The notes under the pieces are model-generated. The model was not told the origin of the DNA, ran no database searches, and saw only the letters and a list, made by a program, of their open reading frames with translations. Both the position numbers and the translations under genes were made by a program. DNA of 64,000 nt, from contig MU057521.1 of assembly GCA_013265495.1 (NCBI GenBank), forward strand, positions 1,562,335-1,626,334. The letters are read 5' to 3'. Numbering within the stretch: position 1 is the stretch's first letter; each line of letters begins with the position of its first letter. The DNA is from Vicugna vicugna (Eukaryota). Positions 11,801 to 24,881 of this stretch are shown one piece after another.

Positions 11801-13821
11801 TTTGAGCTGGTACCCCTATGGCCTACTTGGCTGTCCTGTAGGTAGATGGTCAGCTGTTAAAGTCAATTAAATCGTATGGAAGCCCCACTGTGTCCTTCAG
11901 GAATTTGGCAGTGCTAGCCATGGGAATAAGATAATTTGAACAAATATTATTAGGAAACTCTTGTTTACATTAGGTTCTTGGCTGCTTTGACAACATCTAT
12001 ATTCAGAGGCAGCCCTCCATAAAATTGAACAATAGGATAATAGGAGGAAAGACATTCCCTTTGATTACCTTTCAGAGGTGAATAATGGGCTAGGAAAGCT
12101 CACTGTTCTGCTTTCTTTCTAAATTGCCAAGCAGGAAGCAGGCCAGAGGGTGGGGTTGGCATATCTCCACATAATAGGGCCCAGAATTTAAGGGACTTTT
12201 GGCTGTTTTACAAGACTTAAGTCCTAAGAATTATTCTTTAGGCTGCTGTAACAGAGGGCTTTGAGAATTAAGGGCCTCAAAGCAGATCTTCCCGGGAGGA
12301 AAGGTGGGCACCACTCCTGACTAGGGGTACAGACCCACAGCCTACCTGGCTAGGAACATTCCACCTGAGTCACCACATCTGAGGGGACAAGGTAATTAAG
12401 AATCTGCATGTTCAGTCCCAAGCTATTTTATAGAAAAGCAAGTTTGGTAAAAGAAAGTCTTTCTTGCCTCTTTTGTGCCCTAGAAGTGGCAGACTCTGGT
12501 ACAACCCACATGCTCATGTGATACAGGGTTGGGTTCCCACCAAACAGTGTCACCCATTTAACACCACCTTTTGGCGGCTGGGAGAGCACTGACATACTCT
12601 TCCAATGAGGGCGCCCTCTTCCGCTGTCCATCCCTCTCTCTCAGGCCTGACTTACTCTGGATGGTTAAAGTTTCATCTTAGTGCAATGTTCTCTAAAGAA
12701 GAGTCCAGATGTTTCTCGTGGAGATTCATTCACTTTCTTCCCTATGTATACAGTCATCTTGCAGAGTGTTCTCATGTTCCACGTATTGAGAGAAAGACTT
12801 CAGATTTACCTGTTTTTCTAAGATTTGGTGGTGGTGTTTTCCACAATGCTGATCCTAGACCAAACTGTGGTGTGATATGAGCCAGAGCTTTCTCTGGCGT
12901 TCCCCAACCTGTCACCGGAGTCTCTTTCCCATATTTTGGACCTTAAGCTCTTTCCCAAAGAAAATCCCTTTCAAGATAAAACCTGAAACCACATCATACC
13001 GAATAGAAATGGCTGTCAACAACCAGCAGCTCACTTAGTTACCGCCATCATTTTGAAAGAGGTCAGGGTCTGAAAGCAAAGGAATCATGTACCTCAACAT
13101 TTTAGGGACTAGCAAACAAGTGAGAGAGTTTATTGCTCGAAGACCCTCTCCTGGTGTCCCAGAAATCATATTAAATAAGCAAATGAGCGTTGATAATGTA
13201 CCCAGCTTCCCTATTTTAATATCTCAGAATGGGCAAATGGGGATGTGAAACATTAATGACCACTGATTCATTAGCTGACCCAGTCCAGGTTCTAGACACG
13301 ACAAGACCTCCCTCAGCCCTCAGTACAGCAACAGGCAATTTAAACCCCACATCACCTAAACAGCAAGTCCTTCTTTGTGATGAAAAGAAAGAGCATTGAG
13401 ATGGGGGACTTTCTTCTTTCAAAATCCCCTTTTGTGCTATTTTAATAGAGGTTTTATAACAAGTAAAAATTTAAAAAGATGAAATACAACCTTGGAACTA
13501 CTATGGAGAGAGTCAAAATAAGAAGACAACAGACTGTCAGTCTCAGAATTTTTTGACTTGAGTCACTTTTGGGACATGATTGACTGTAATGCTATCTAAG
13601 TGCCATTTGTGACACTAGGTTCTCCAAAGCAAGGGGGGAGAGGACACATTTAATTGTTTAGTGGATGTGGAGTGGTAGGGGGAGGACATCACCATTCCAC
13701 ATGCTTTCATAAAGATGTAGCCACCAGACTTTTTCTCTCCAGACACATGCTGTGTGCTAATGCCTTTCCACTGCCTTGGAGTGGATCATTGTACCATCAT
13801 ACCCCGGTAATCCTTTAGCTG

Positions 13822-14331
13822 TGAAGCAGTTCAGAGCATGTCGTCCCCCAAAATGCCTTTTTGGCATGTTGATTATTTTGAGTTAAAGTAATTTGAAAAA
13901 CAGCAGGTAGAAAGAAGACCCTTCTTTTCTTCCTGAAAGCAGGAGATAAAACTCACAAGTGAAAGGTGCCCTCTCTGTATCAGGAGGAAGACATTCTTAT
14001 CACCAGAGATGGGGAATTGGGCGTGAGAATCTGTACAAACACATCTTGCTAAACTAACTGTTATCTTCCTAGTGACTGCTCCACATTTCACTTCCCCAGC
14101 CCAAACCCCTTTGTCCTGCCGTCTTTCTACAGATCAGCTGTTCTTTGTTGAAGATGCTGTGTAAACTGGAGTTTTAAGCTGCCATTTGGAGTTACTTATC
14201 CTTTAGCATTCTCCTGTGTGATGTGCGCTGCACATGTTAATAAACTGTTCCTTTTCCTCTTGCTAATCTTTTTGTTAGAGTTTCAGCTGAAAACCAAAGA
14301 TGGGTAGAGGTCAAGTTTTGCCTCCCCTACA
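13822..14331 (+). mobile_element. ERV1-class solo LTR, MER34/MER39-like
   Basis: TG...CA termini. Begins TGAAGCAGTTCAGAGCATGTCGTCCCCCAAAATGCC...TTGGCATGTTGATTATTTTGAG, has AATAAA near 14240, ends TTTTGCCTCCCCTACA. Confidence 0.75.
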
Positions 14332-15224
14332 GCCACACAAACAAATTCTAGAGGAACTATTTCTACTGGATGATAAATACCATTGGAAGCCAGGAAGCAG
14401 GTCCAACACTTAACGCAACAGTATCAGTATGGATGGCTAGGATGCACTTTACATTAAAGGGGCGACAGTGTTGCAGTAGAGAAGAGGGAGAGGAGAGAGT
14501 ACCTAAACCTTGAAATGGAAACGGGACTTCAACAGAGGAAGATGCAGAGAACTTCCCAGGAGGAGAAAGCTTAGACAAGATCCAAATGCTAGGGGAGTTC
14601 AGGGCAAATCCCAGTCGTGCTTTGAAAGAAAGGGAGCGACATCATCCTGTTCCCCCGTTCATCTAGCACAATCTGATGTGTAGCACGTACCCAGTAATTG
14701 ATACTGAGTGAATAAATGAATGAAAACGTGGTTACAGGATGGACTGGAAAAGGGGAAGCAGGGAACCCAGGCAAGAGATGTGAGGACTTGAACCAGGGCC
14801 GTGGAGGTGTCTGTGAAAGAGAAGAAAGGAATGTCAAGGTCATGCAGCAGTGGAATTGACAGGAGAGTGGGAAAACGGCTTCACGGTAGAAAACCTGGGA
14901 AACTGGGAAAACAGAAGGGAGAGTCAGGGCAGCTGGAGTTGTGGCTAAAATCACCGAAGAAGCAGCCATGGTGATTTCCATCCCTGAAGCACAGGTATCC
15001 TCTCAACTCAGTCTCTTAACTCATAAAATAAAATTAAAGTGTAAGCACACAAACATTTATCACAAGGACTATTAGGACCACATGGGACCAAGAGAAAATG
15101 AGGAGATAGGGGGAAAATATCTCCAAGATAAAGGGCTGAAGTTGTTCAGGAATAGGGTGAGGGATCATTTTGTGGAAATGAAGGGGTCCCAGAACATTCA
15201 TAAATTACACAGAGACACAATTCA

Positions 15225-15240
15225 TGCTGCCACCTGGTAG
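15225..15240 (-). promoter_or_regulatory. Candidate CTCF site
   Basis: Reverse complement CTACCAGGTGGCAGCA, 13/14 match to CCASYAGRKGGCRS. Confidence 0.45.
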
Positions 15241-15736
15241 AGCTGTGCCTTTGTCCTCTTTGTCTGTTGTCAGGGGCTACCAATCCTGGAGAGAAAACTA
15301 GCTCTCAAATAAATGATTAAATAAATTTAATTAACTTGGAAAACATAAATGGGGCCTCGTGGGACTTCTTTCTGTTTGGCCAGCTTTTCAGACACTGTCA
15401 CGTGACTCCCGCTTTCTGTCCTGAGATGCTCTGATTGCTGTATGAGTTTCCTCTAAAGGTGTGTGTCTGGTCCTACAGTCCACTGTGTGTCTAGAGATTT
15501 CTTACTCATCCTAGGGGTCATTTTTTTTTAAGCATTGATTCAGCTGAATAGAGCTAAAGGCCAGGCATGCTGCAGAAGGTAATCCTTCTTTACAGCACGA
15601 GATTTAGCCCATTTTTTTTGTTTCCAGGTAGACTAGAACCACACACTCCATTATTCTTTCCTCTGTCCCTAAATTGGAATTCAAGTGAAGGCTGTCTGTT
15701 AAATAAGCAACTCAGAGACCTCAGATGTGAGCTAGA

Positions 15737-15924
15737 CCTGAGGTTCTCAAAGTGTGACCCTTGACCGCTAGCATCAGCCCCATCTGGGAATGTGTTAGAA
15801 ATGCACATTCTCAGGCCCCGCCTCAGACCTGCTGAATCAGGATCTCTGCGGCCGGGGCTAAGCAATCCGCATTTCCACAAGCCCCCAAGTGATTCTGATA
15901 CAGGCTGATGCTTGAGAGGCACTG
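15737..15924 (+). mobile_element. MER5A (hAT-Charlie) MITE
   Basis: GGTTCTCAAAGTGTG...AGCATCAGCCCATCTGGGAATGTGTTAGAAATGCACATTCTCAGGCCCCGCCTCAGACCTGCTGAATCAG...TTGAGAGGCACTG. Confidence 0.85.
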
Positions 15925-15942
15925 GGTTACAGTCTGGATAAC

Positions 15943-16451
15943 TGTATTAGTCAGGGTTTTCCAGAGAAACAGAGCCAACAGGCTATATATAGATACACAT
16001 AAGAAGAGATTTATTACAGGAGTTGTCTCAGCAGTTACGGAGGCTGAGATGTCTCACGATCTTCCACCTGCAAGCTGGAGACCCAGGAAAGCTAGCAGGG
16101 TAATTCAGTCAGAGTCCAGAGGCCTGATAATCAGGGGGCTGATGGTTTGAAGTCCTGATTTGAGTCCAAAAGTCCAAGAATCTGGATCGCCTTGTCTGAG
16201 GGCAGGGGAGGATGGATGTCTCAGCTCAAGCTGGGAGAGAACAAATCTGGTCTTCCTCCACCTTTCTGTTCCCTTTCGGGCCCTCAATGAATTAAATGAT
16301 GCCCACCCACACTGGGGAGGGCAATCTACTTTGCTCAGTTAAGCAATTCAAATGCTAATCTCTTCCCAAAACACCCTCACCAACGCATCTGGAAATAATG
16401 TTTTACCAGCTCTCTGAGCAGTCAGGTTGATACATAAAACTAACTATCACA
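15943..16451. mobile_element. MLT2-family solo LTR with intact 5-bp TSD
   Basis: TGTATTAGTCAGGGTTTTCCAGAGAAACAGA...GTTGATACATAAAACTAACTATCACA, flanked by ATAAC (15938-15942, 16452-16456). Confidence 0.9.
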
Positions 16452-16519
16452 ATAACTAAAACTAGTTTTTGGATTGAGCATTGATTCCTTTCTCTTCTTT
16501 TGTTCCTTTAATCACTGTT

Positions 16520-18380
16520 TCATTTCATCAGTATTTTATGGGGCACTTGCTGTATGTCAGACATCACTGTATCTGTTAGGATGATAAAGTAGTCTAGGTA
16601 ATTCTGCTCTTGGACAGAGTTGCAGATAAAATACAGATGCCCAGTTAAATCTGAATCTCAGATAAGCAATGACAACCTTTTTTTTTTTTTGGTATACAGT
16701 TGTCCCAAGTATTGCATAAAACATATTAAAAATTATTCTTTGTTTATCTGAAACTTGAATGTAACTGGGTATCCTGTATTTTTATTTGCTAAACCTAGCA
16801 ATCTTACCATTGTAGCACTTACGTTCTTGTGGAGAATACAGACCCCCCCCGCAAAGTACACTAATTTAAAGAAGCAATGCTTTTCAGTGGTGATGTGTGC
16901 AACTGAGAAATAAAAAGGTGTAATATGGTACAGAGTGGCACTGGATAGGCTGGTTAGAGAAATCCTGCCCCAGGAGCTGGGAGTCAGTTACATACTGTTC
17001 TGAGGGGAGAAAATTTGAGACAAAAGGACCAATTTAGTGCAAAGTACCTAAGATAAGAAAGATCTTAATATGCTTTAGGAATTGGCCAAAAGTCAGCATC
17101 AGTGAGCACAGTGAGGGAAGGAGGCAGAAGACGGGGACAGAGGGGCAAACAGGAGCTCAACCACATAGGCCTCAGCAGCCCAGAGCAGAGAGTGAAATTT
17201 ATTCTCTTACTGGAGAATTTTTAAGCACAGCAGCGCCACAGGACTGGCTTTGTGATTTTAGACGATATCCTAGCTTCTGCAAGGAGAAAGGTTTGTAGAA
17301 GAAGCAGGAGTGAGAAGCAGGGAGGCAGGTCAGGAAGGACTTGTTGAGGGCCAGGGAGATGATACTAGCTGGGACACAGGTGGTAGTGATGGATATAGGA
17401 AGAAACGGACAAATTCGGGTGAGTTTTGGAGAGGAGTTAATAGGACGTGCTAATGGGTGGCATGTGGCTGGTGGAGGGAAAGGGAAAAAACATGAGTGAT
17501 AGTGCTTTTTACTGAGATGGAAAAAGATTAGGGCAGATTGGTGTTGGCCAGAGGAAACTGACTTTCTTTTTGGACAGGCTGCATTTAAGAAATCTATTAG
17601 ATACACATTCGAGTTAGGAAATCAAGTATATGATTTCAGGGCTAAAGATATAAATCTGGGAACTATCAGCACATACATAGTATTTAAACTATGGAAGTAA
17701 TTAATCTTATCCAGGGGAGCATATGCAGATAAAGGACCGAACAAGGCATTCCCCCTTAGACATCAAACCAAGAAGGAGCCAACCAGGGGGCTGAGGTAGG
17801 ACAATACCAGACAAGGAGATATCTTAAAAGCCAAGGAGAAAAGTCCAGGAGCAGGTGGGAATGGTCAATTGTGCTAAAAAGGCAAACAGAATTAAGACAG
17901 GAATGTGATCATTGGATTTACAACCCAGAGGCCATTGCAACATTTAAAAGAGCAGTTTTCATGGAACAGTGAGGTCAGAATCCTGTTTGAAGTAGGTCAC
18001 AGAAATAAATGAAGATGAGTAAGTAGAGGCACCCATTATGAAGAACTCTTTGGAGAAGTTCTACTGTGAAAGGGAGACAAGTAGGACTGATAGGTGGGGA
18101 AGGATTTAGGATCAAAGGAAAACAATTAGCAATGGAAAGTACTAGAACATATTTTATGTTGATGGAACTGATCTCATTGAAGGAAAGAAATTGATGCTGA
18201 AAGAGAAAGAAGATAAAATTGCAGGAGTGAAGTTATTGAGGAAGAAGAGGAGATAAGATTAACAGTGCCAGGGAAGTAGTTGCCCTTTGATATGAACAAG
18301 GACAGTTTATCTGTTGTAATCAGAGAGAAGGCACAGAGTATAGATACAGATGCAGGCAGATGTGGCGATTTGGTCAGGGG
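16520..18380 (-). mobile_element. L2 LINE, long degenerate fragment
   Basis: L2 3' end antisense (GGGCACTTGCTGTATGTCAGACA) followed by a purine-rich L2 body (GAAGCAGGGAGGCAGGTCAGGAAGG..., GAGCAGTTTTCATGGAACAGTGAGG). Confidence 0.7.
16615..16806. mobile_element. MER53 palindromic hAT MITE
   Basis: GTTGCAGATAAAATACAGATGCCCAGTTAAATCTGAATCTCAGATAA...TTATCTGAAACTTGAATGTAACTGGGTATCCTGTATTTTTATTTGCTAAACCTAGCAA (self-complementary arms). Confidence 0.8.
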
Positions 18381-18624
18381 ACAATGAGGAAGCCCCAGGC
18401 AGAAGTATTTTTCACTCAACACCAGCCTCATCACAAAAATTGTGTATGTGTATATATAATATTGTAGTTCTGTGTATTTATATTTGTAAATTATGTCAAC
18501 TACCACTTCTGTTGAATTCAAGACTATCACAGCTTGATTGGATGCAATTACAAATTATATGTATGCCATGAATGATTTCAAATATATTTTTGCTCCATTT
18601 GGTTTCTTTTATTTTAGAAACTGT

Positions 18625-19405
18625 GGTTTAAAAAAAAGTAACATAAAATCTACCCTCTTAACAGAATTTTAAGTGTACAGCATTAACTATGAACATTGTT
18701 GTATAGCAGATCATGAGAATTTCATGTTGGATGACTGAAATTTTTTACCCATTGAAAAACAACTCATTTCTCCCACTCCCAGTCCTTAGTAATCACTTTT
18801 GCATTCTCTGCTTCTATGAGTTTGACTGCTTTAGACACTTCATATAAGTGGAATCATGCAGTATCTGTCTTTCCATGACTGGCTTATTTCACTTAGCATA
18901 ATGTTCTCATGTTGTCACATATTGCAGGATTTCCTTCCTTTTTAAAGGCCAAATAATATTCCATAGTGTGTACAGACCATGTCCTTGTTTATCCTTTCAT
19001 CTGTTGATGGTCATTTGAGTTGTTTCCACCTCTTGGCTATTATGAATAATGCTGCAATGAACTTGGGAATGCAAATACTTCTTTGAAATCCTGTTTTCAA
19101 CTCTTTTGGATAAATATTCAGAAATAGGATTGCTAGGTCATATAGTAGTTCTATTTTTTATTTTTTTTGAGGAACCTCCGTACTGTTTCCATAGTGGCTA
19201 CACCAATTTACATTTCCATCAACAGTGTTGTCTTCTAATTCCTCCACATCCTTGTCAACACTGGTATTTTCTGTTTATTTTATAATGGTCATTCTAACAG
19301 GTATGAAGTGACATCTCACTGTGATTTTGATTGGCATTTCCATGATGATTGGTGATGTTGAATATCTTTTCAGACACTTGTTGGCCATTTACATGTTTTC
19401 TTTGG
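18625..19405 (-). mobile_element. L1MA-type 3' region
   Basis: CATATAAGTGGAATCATGCAGTAT...GACTGGCTTATTTCACTTAGCATAATG...GGATTGCTAGGTCATATAGTAGTTCTATTTTT...TTGGCATTTCCATGATGATTGGTGATGTTGA. Confidence 0.85.
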
Positions 19406-20751
19406 GCATTGTTTATACATAATGGCCCACACAAACCCATGGCAATTACACACAGGGGAATAAAACTTGCTATTTAATCAAAGAGATTTCCTGGAACAAC
19501 ACACACTCCCCATCTAAGGGACATGGGAACCTGCGTTTCTGTGTTGAAAAAAAATCAAAGTTGAAGAGAGGTCAAATGACAGGCCAGCTAAGAGCCATTT
19601 GTAGAAGAAACATGATGTCCAAATAAGGCCAATTTCCCAAAAGAATTCTGCTTTTTCCCCTCTAGTGGTCGGCCCCTTGTTTTACTATTAATCTACAGGC
19701 GTTGTATAATTAGAGGCTCTGTTGTTCCAGGGTGACATTAGAAGAATCTCCTATTCTGAGCTAATGTAATCAATCATCTGAAGTGAAGACTTCCTTGTTT
19801 TACAGACTTCCACCTCAGGGATCTTTTTGGGGTAAAGCACTTGCCATCTTGACCCAGGATTCGAGCTGGGCATCACTGTGCTTTAGTTGATTAATTCTAA
19901 TAATTATAACCATAATAATCACTCATTTATTGTTATTCATCTATCCCTTCTGCTCATTCTAAAAAGTACACGAGGTGAATAAATGTGAGGATGATGATGG
20001 TGATGGTTTGAGTCCATGGATTCCCTGGATCTTCTGTAGTCGTGGAAGAATAAACACTTCTGGGCAGAGGGCTGGTTTCTCCTATTACAGGGCTCAGAGA
20101 TTGTTTTCTTTTGCTTCACATTTTTTCCTAGGGGAGATTAAACAGGTCTTACAACCCAAGCTGGCTCCTGGCCACAAAGCATCCCCGCTGTTTATTATCG
20201 GAGGGGATCTGATAAGAGAGCAGCCATCTTAAATTCTAGAAGCTTTGTGATGACTCACAGAAGTGATCAACAAGCCTTTAGAGTCCTGCAGCTGCAATAT
20301 TGAGAGACTGTAGTACCTTTCAAAGTCTTAGAATAAGCAAAATCTACTTGAGTGATTTTTCTTATTTTGAGCTCAAGGCAAACCACAGAAAAACAGTTGC
20401 GCTTTGAATCAGATGCTTCTCAGTCAGGAGTCAAAATGAGGGCTCCTCGGCCCCTCCGTCTAAGATAAGGATACTCAGTGATGAGTCATTGTTATGGTCC
20501 AGGTCATCCATTCTCACACCACCACCACTAGTGACAGCTGGTTGGCTGCCCAAGGGGAGACAAATTCTCTTTTTATTATTTCACTGAGAAAACTGGGGCC
20601 AAATTTTGTCACAAATTGTTTCCCTCTACTTCTTACCCTTCCCAACTATATATTTTTCTACATCTAAAATCTATCCTGTCTTCTTTTTTTGGTTCAAGGA
20701 CAACTTATCCCCCTGTGTTCTGACCCTGTATTCTTTCAGCTCCTGCAAAAA

Positions 20752-21980
20752 ATTTTTAATTGAGGCAAAGTTCACATAACATAAAATTAACCTTTTTAAA
20801 ATGAACAATTAGTGGCATTTAGTACATTTACAATGTTATGCAACCATCCCCTCTAGTTCTAAAACATTCCATACCCATTAAGAAGTCACCCCTGATTTCT
20901 GCCTCCTCCCAGCCCCCGGCAACCACTAGTCTGCTTTCTGATTTTATAATAGTGTATATTCCATATAAATGAACTCATAAGTGACCTCTTGTGCTTGGCT
21001 TCTTTCACTTGGCATAATGTTTTTGAGGTTCATCGACACTGTAGCATGTATCAGTACTCCATTCTTTTTTAAGGCTGAATAATATTTCATTATATGTATA
21101 CTCTCATTTATTTATCCATTCATCCATTGATGGAAATTTGTGTTGTTTCCACCTTTTGGCTGTTCTGAACAGTGCTGCTGTGAACATTTGGATACAGAAT
21201 TTGTTTTAAATTCTTTTAGATATATACCTAAGAGAAGAATTCCTGTATCCTATATTAATTATACGTTTAATTTATCAAGGAACCACCAAAACATTTTCTA
21301 TAGTAGTTGAGCCACTATACATTCCCACCAGCAATGGACAGGGTTCCACTTTCTCCACATCTTCATCAACACTAAAATTTCATTTTCAGTCAGTCTAGCT
21401 AAAGTTTTGTCAGTTTGTTGATCTTTTCAAAGAACCAAGTTTTGGTTTCATTGATTTGCTCTATGGTTTTCTTATTGTCTGTTTCAGTGATCTCTGCTCC
21501 AATCCTTTTATTTCCTTCCTTCTGCTGGCTTTGGGTTTGGTTTGCTCTTTTTTTTTTTTTTTCTAGTTCCTTAAGGTGAAAGGTTATTACTTCGAGATCT
21601 TCTTTTTTAATGTTGGCAATTGCAGCTATAAGTTTCCCTCTGAGTACTGCTTTCACTGCATCCCATAAGTATTGGTATGTTGTCTTTTTGCTTTCACTCA
21701 TCTTAAGGTGTGTTCTAATTTCATTTGTGATTTCTTTTTTGACCCCTTGCTTATTAAGAACATGCTGTTTAATTTCCATGTATTTGGGAATTTCCCAGTT
21801 TTTCTTTTGTTATTGCTTTCTAACAACATTCTGTTCTGGTCTGAGGAGATACTTCGTGTAGTTTCAGTCTTTTAAAGTGTATTGAGATTGTTTCTGTGGC
21901 CTAACATGTGGTCTGTCTTGGAAAATATTCCATGTGCACTGTGAAGAATGTGTATTCTGCTATTATTGGTGGAGTGTTCT
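20752..21980 (-). mobile_element. L1M 3' UTR (20752-~21375) joined to an ORF2 5' fragment (~21390-21980)
   Basis: Antisense 3'UTR motifs. ORF 21399..21779 translates to L1 ORF2p-like ...TTYQYLWDAVKAVLRGKLIA...INETKTWFFEKINKL. Confidence 0.88.
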
Positions 21981-22349
21981 ATAAACAAAACACTTAAAGC
22001 CTAAATAAATAAATAAATACTCTCCTAATCTTTGCTGGGGAACTTCTCCACCTCTGCCTTAGCCTTCACCTCCTGCTCATATGAAGCCCAAAGCTCAGCC
22101 AGAGTCACAAGGTAGGATCTACTCAGGTCTTCTCTGAGGCTGTATCTGGCCCTAGGCTTGTGTGTTGTGCTTCAGATTGCCGAATATAAGGTAGCTCAAA
22201 GTATTCCTCTCCCTCCTCCCCTCAAAATGTTCTTCCTTGGCCTCCTTCTGCCCAGGCTTCAGGTCTGTTGATCACTTGCCTGGTCCTCCATTCTTTGCCC
22301 CAGGCATCTATAAACTGTGTATATCTTTACATGCTTTTGCCATTTCTGT

Positions 22350-23765
22350 AATGTCACTCATCTGCCTGTCAGATTTTGAGCCATCCTTCATTTCTCTAAT
22401 TCCCTTCAATATTCCCCTTTCCTTTATCTTCCCTTGGATAACAAGTTAGTCTAGTCTCACTCATCTAAAAAAAAAAAAAAAGAATCTCCGTCCAATGCCT
22501 CTCTTCTCTGAAGAGTTGAGTGCATTCTCTGTCTACTTCAACTTCATTTTGCTGCACAAACACCTGCATTCTGGTTGCTAGGAAACCTCTGCTCCTTAAA
22601 GACAGCATATGACTTCCCAATTGCTATGAGTGGCAAGTGTTTTCTAATAATCCTCTCCTTGCATCTTTCTGAGAAATTGTTCATTGTTAACTTATCCCTC
22701 TTTCATGAAACACTTGTTCCCCTTGACTTCCATGACATTTCCTAGTTTATCATTCCTGACATTTATCATTCTTTCTTCTCTTTCTCTTTTATAGTCTTGA
22801 TGTCTTTCTCTTATTCCTTCAACTCCAGTGTCCCCCATGGCTTAATCCTCCACCTATTGTCCTTTCTACACTCTGTCTGAGTGATCTTTTCCACACTCAC
22901 TGTTTCAACATCATCTATACACTGATAACTCCCAAGTCTGTTTCTTTAGCATTTTTGTTTCCCTCTCCAAGAAGAGGACTCAGATTTCCTATTGCCTACA
23001 AGATGAATATATAAACATCTCGTATGTACTAAAACAGAAACTAAACTATCATTTCCTCCTACATTCTTGGTAAAAGATGGTATCACAGTTGTCACTAGGT
23101 TAGATTCCTGAGTGTCATTTTAAAGTCCTTTCTGTCCTTCATCATCAACACCTGGATAACCATGCTGTTCTACCCAGACTCCTGAAAGGAGACACTCAAG
23201 TTTGCTCAGTTTTCTCCATCCACATTGCCAGTGTCCAAATCCAGGCCTGCATCATTCTCTCTTAGACCACTGTGCCAGCATCCTCACCAGTCTCTCTTGC
23301 TCAGTTCTATTATCCCTTAATTCCTTCCCTCAGCTGCCAAATGCAAATGTGATCACATCCTTCCTGCTTTCAGTTCTTCAATGGCTGCCTGTCACTTTCT
23401 TCACTGATCTGGTCCCTACAGACTTCATCTGCTGGTACCTCCTGCCTTTAACTTTATGTAACAGCAACTCTGGGCTGTGGCCATCCCACTGCTACTCGCC
23501 ATGCCTTTCCTCACCTCCATGCCTTCCCTTCCTCTCCAACTCCATTACTCCTACTTACAGCATCACTGAAGTCTTTGTTGGATCCTCGAAGTCCCTACCC
23601 TGAGCCCCTGGAACCACATGCCTGTGGTTGCATCCTTATCCTGTTTCATACTGATTTGTCTCTGTCTCTTTCTCTTTGACTGGGTTGGAAGCTCCCTGTA
23701 TACCCATCACTTGGCTCTATTCCTGCCACATGGTTGACCCTCAAAGTTAATGGCATGAATACATG
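22350..23765 (+). mobile_element. L2 LINE, degenerate
   Basis: Pyrimidine-rich L2 body (CCCTCTTTCATGAAACACTTGTTCCCCTTGACTTCCATGACA; ACTGATAACTCCCAA; CTTCAATGGCTGCC) ending in an L2-like tail (CCTGCCACATGGTTGACCCTCAA...ATGAATACATGAA). Confidence 0.7.
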
Positions 23766-24881
23766 AAGATGTAACACATAGATTTTCCCCCTTACCATGG
23801 GAAAGGACTGGGAAAAGAGAAATTAGAAGCAGTAACTAGAAATGACTATGAGAAATGTTTCAAATAGAAAACATCACACTGCTAGTTAATCCGATTTTTT
23901 ATCGTGGTATTAAAAGTATTTTTAAGAGTAGCATTTGATCTTTATGGAATTCTAAACTGGGAGAGAATATTATTAGGGGTTGTTTCAACGTCCAGTTTTT
24001 AACATAGAATAAATTTTTAATGGTTAGTTTTAAAATGCCTTTAAAAATAGTTTCATGTATCTTAAACCATCATTGGACAGCGAGCTTTCCAATATTTGAA
24101 CTTGCTGAACTGAAACTGCTGAACTCCAATACTACAATAAGCTCAAAGGAAAGGGCTGGAGGTTTGATGTGAAGACGATGTGGCGTTGCCTAGTAACTTA
24201 CCGGCGGCATCTGCATAGCCTTGCCCCTGCTGCCTAACACTCTAGGTAGCTGGGAGCAAGGAAACTTACTTTAGAGGTATTGATATCTCTGTCACCAAGA
24301 AGGCATCAATTTTACTTGCCTTCCTCACTCTTGCTGTTTAACAGTTTAATCAGTTCATAATGATTTTAAAATGTTCAAGATTGGTCAGTACTATTATATG
24401 TCCAACCCACTGGAAGGGCTTTTACATTATATGGAGATACAGAGGGTAGAGAAGGAGAGGGAGATTAAAGGCAGACAAAACAAATTATTTTACTCCCTAG
24501 CCTGGTGAAACGAGAAGGAAGATTGATATCCAATCCTCCAGGGACGGCTAAGAAAGAACAAGGAAACAGCCACAGGTAGAAAGACACATGACTTTATGCT
24601 GCTGGGAACTAAACAGTCAGACATACAAACAGCATCACCTGTAAGTTACCAAACTCAAAACCAGAATCTAGCCACGGAGCAGAGCAATCACCATCATCAT
24701 CGTCATCATCACAATGAGTAATAAGCCAAGTCTGCCACACTGGCCAGAAAGTCATCTCCACATCCAGAGAGTTAGCAGAGGAAAGCAAGCTGTCAGAGTT
24801 GGAATGTGGGGATGTGACTAAAATAGTCCAAAGGATGGATGTAAATAAAAAATTTAGAAGGGTTGAAAAGTCAACATAAGG

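Noticed and set aside
21399..21779. 126-aa ORF as a host gene
   Set aside because: It is a decayed L1 ORF2p fragment. The same applies to 61352..61558 and to the antisense L1 ORFs at 36636..36923 and 37242..37535.
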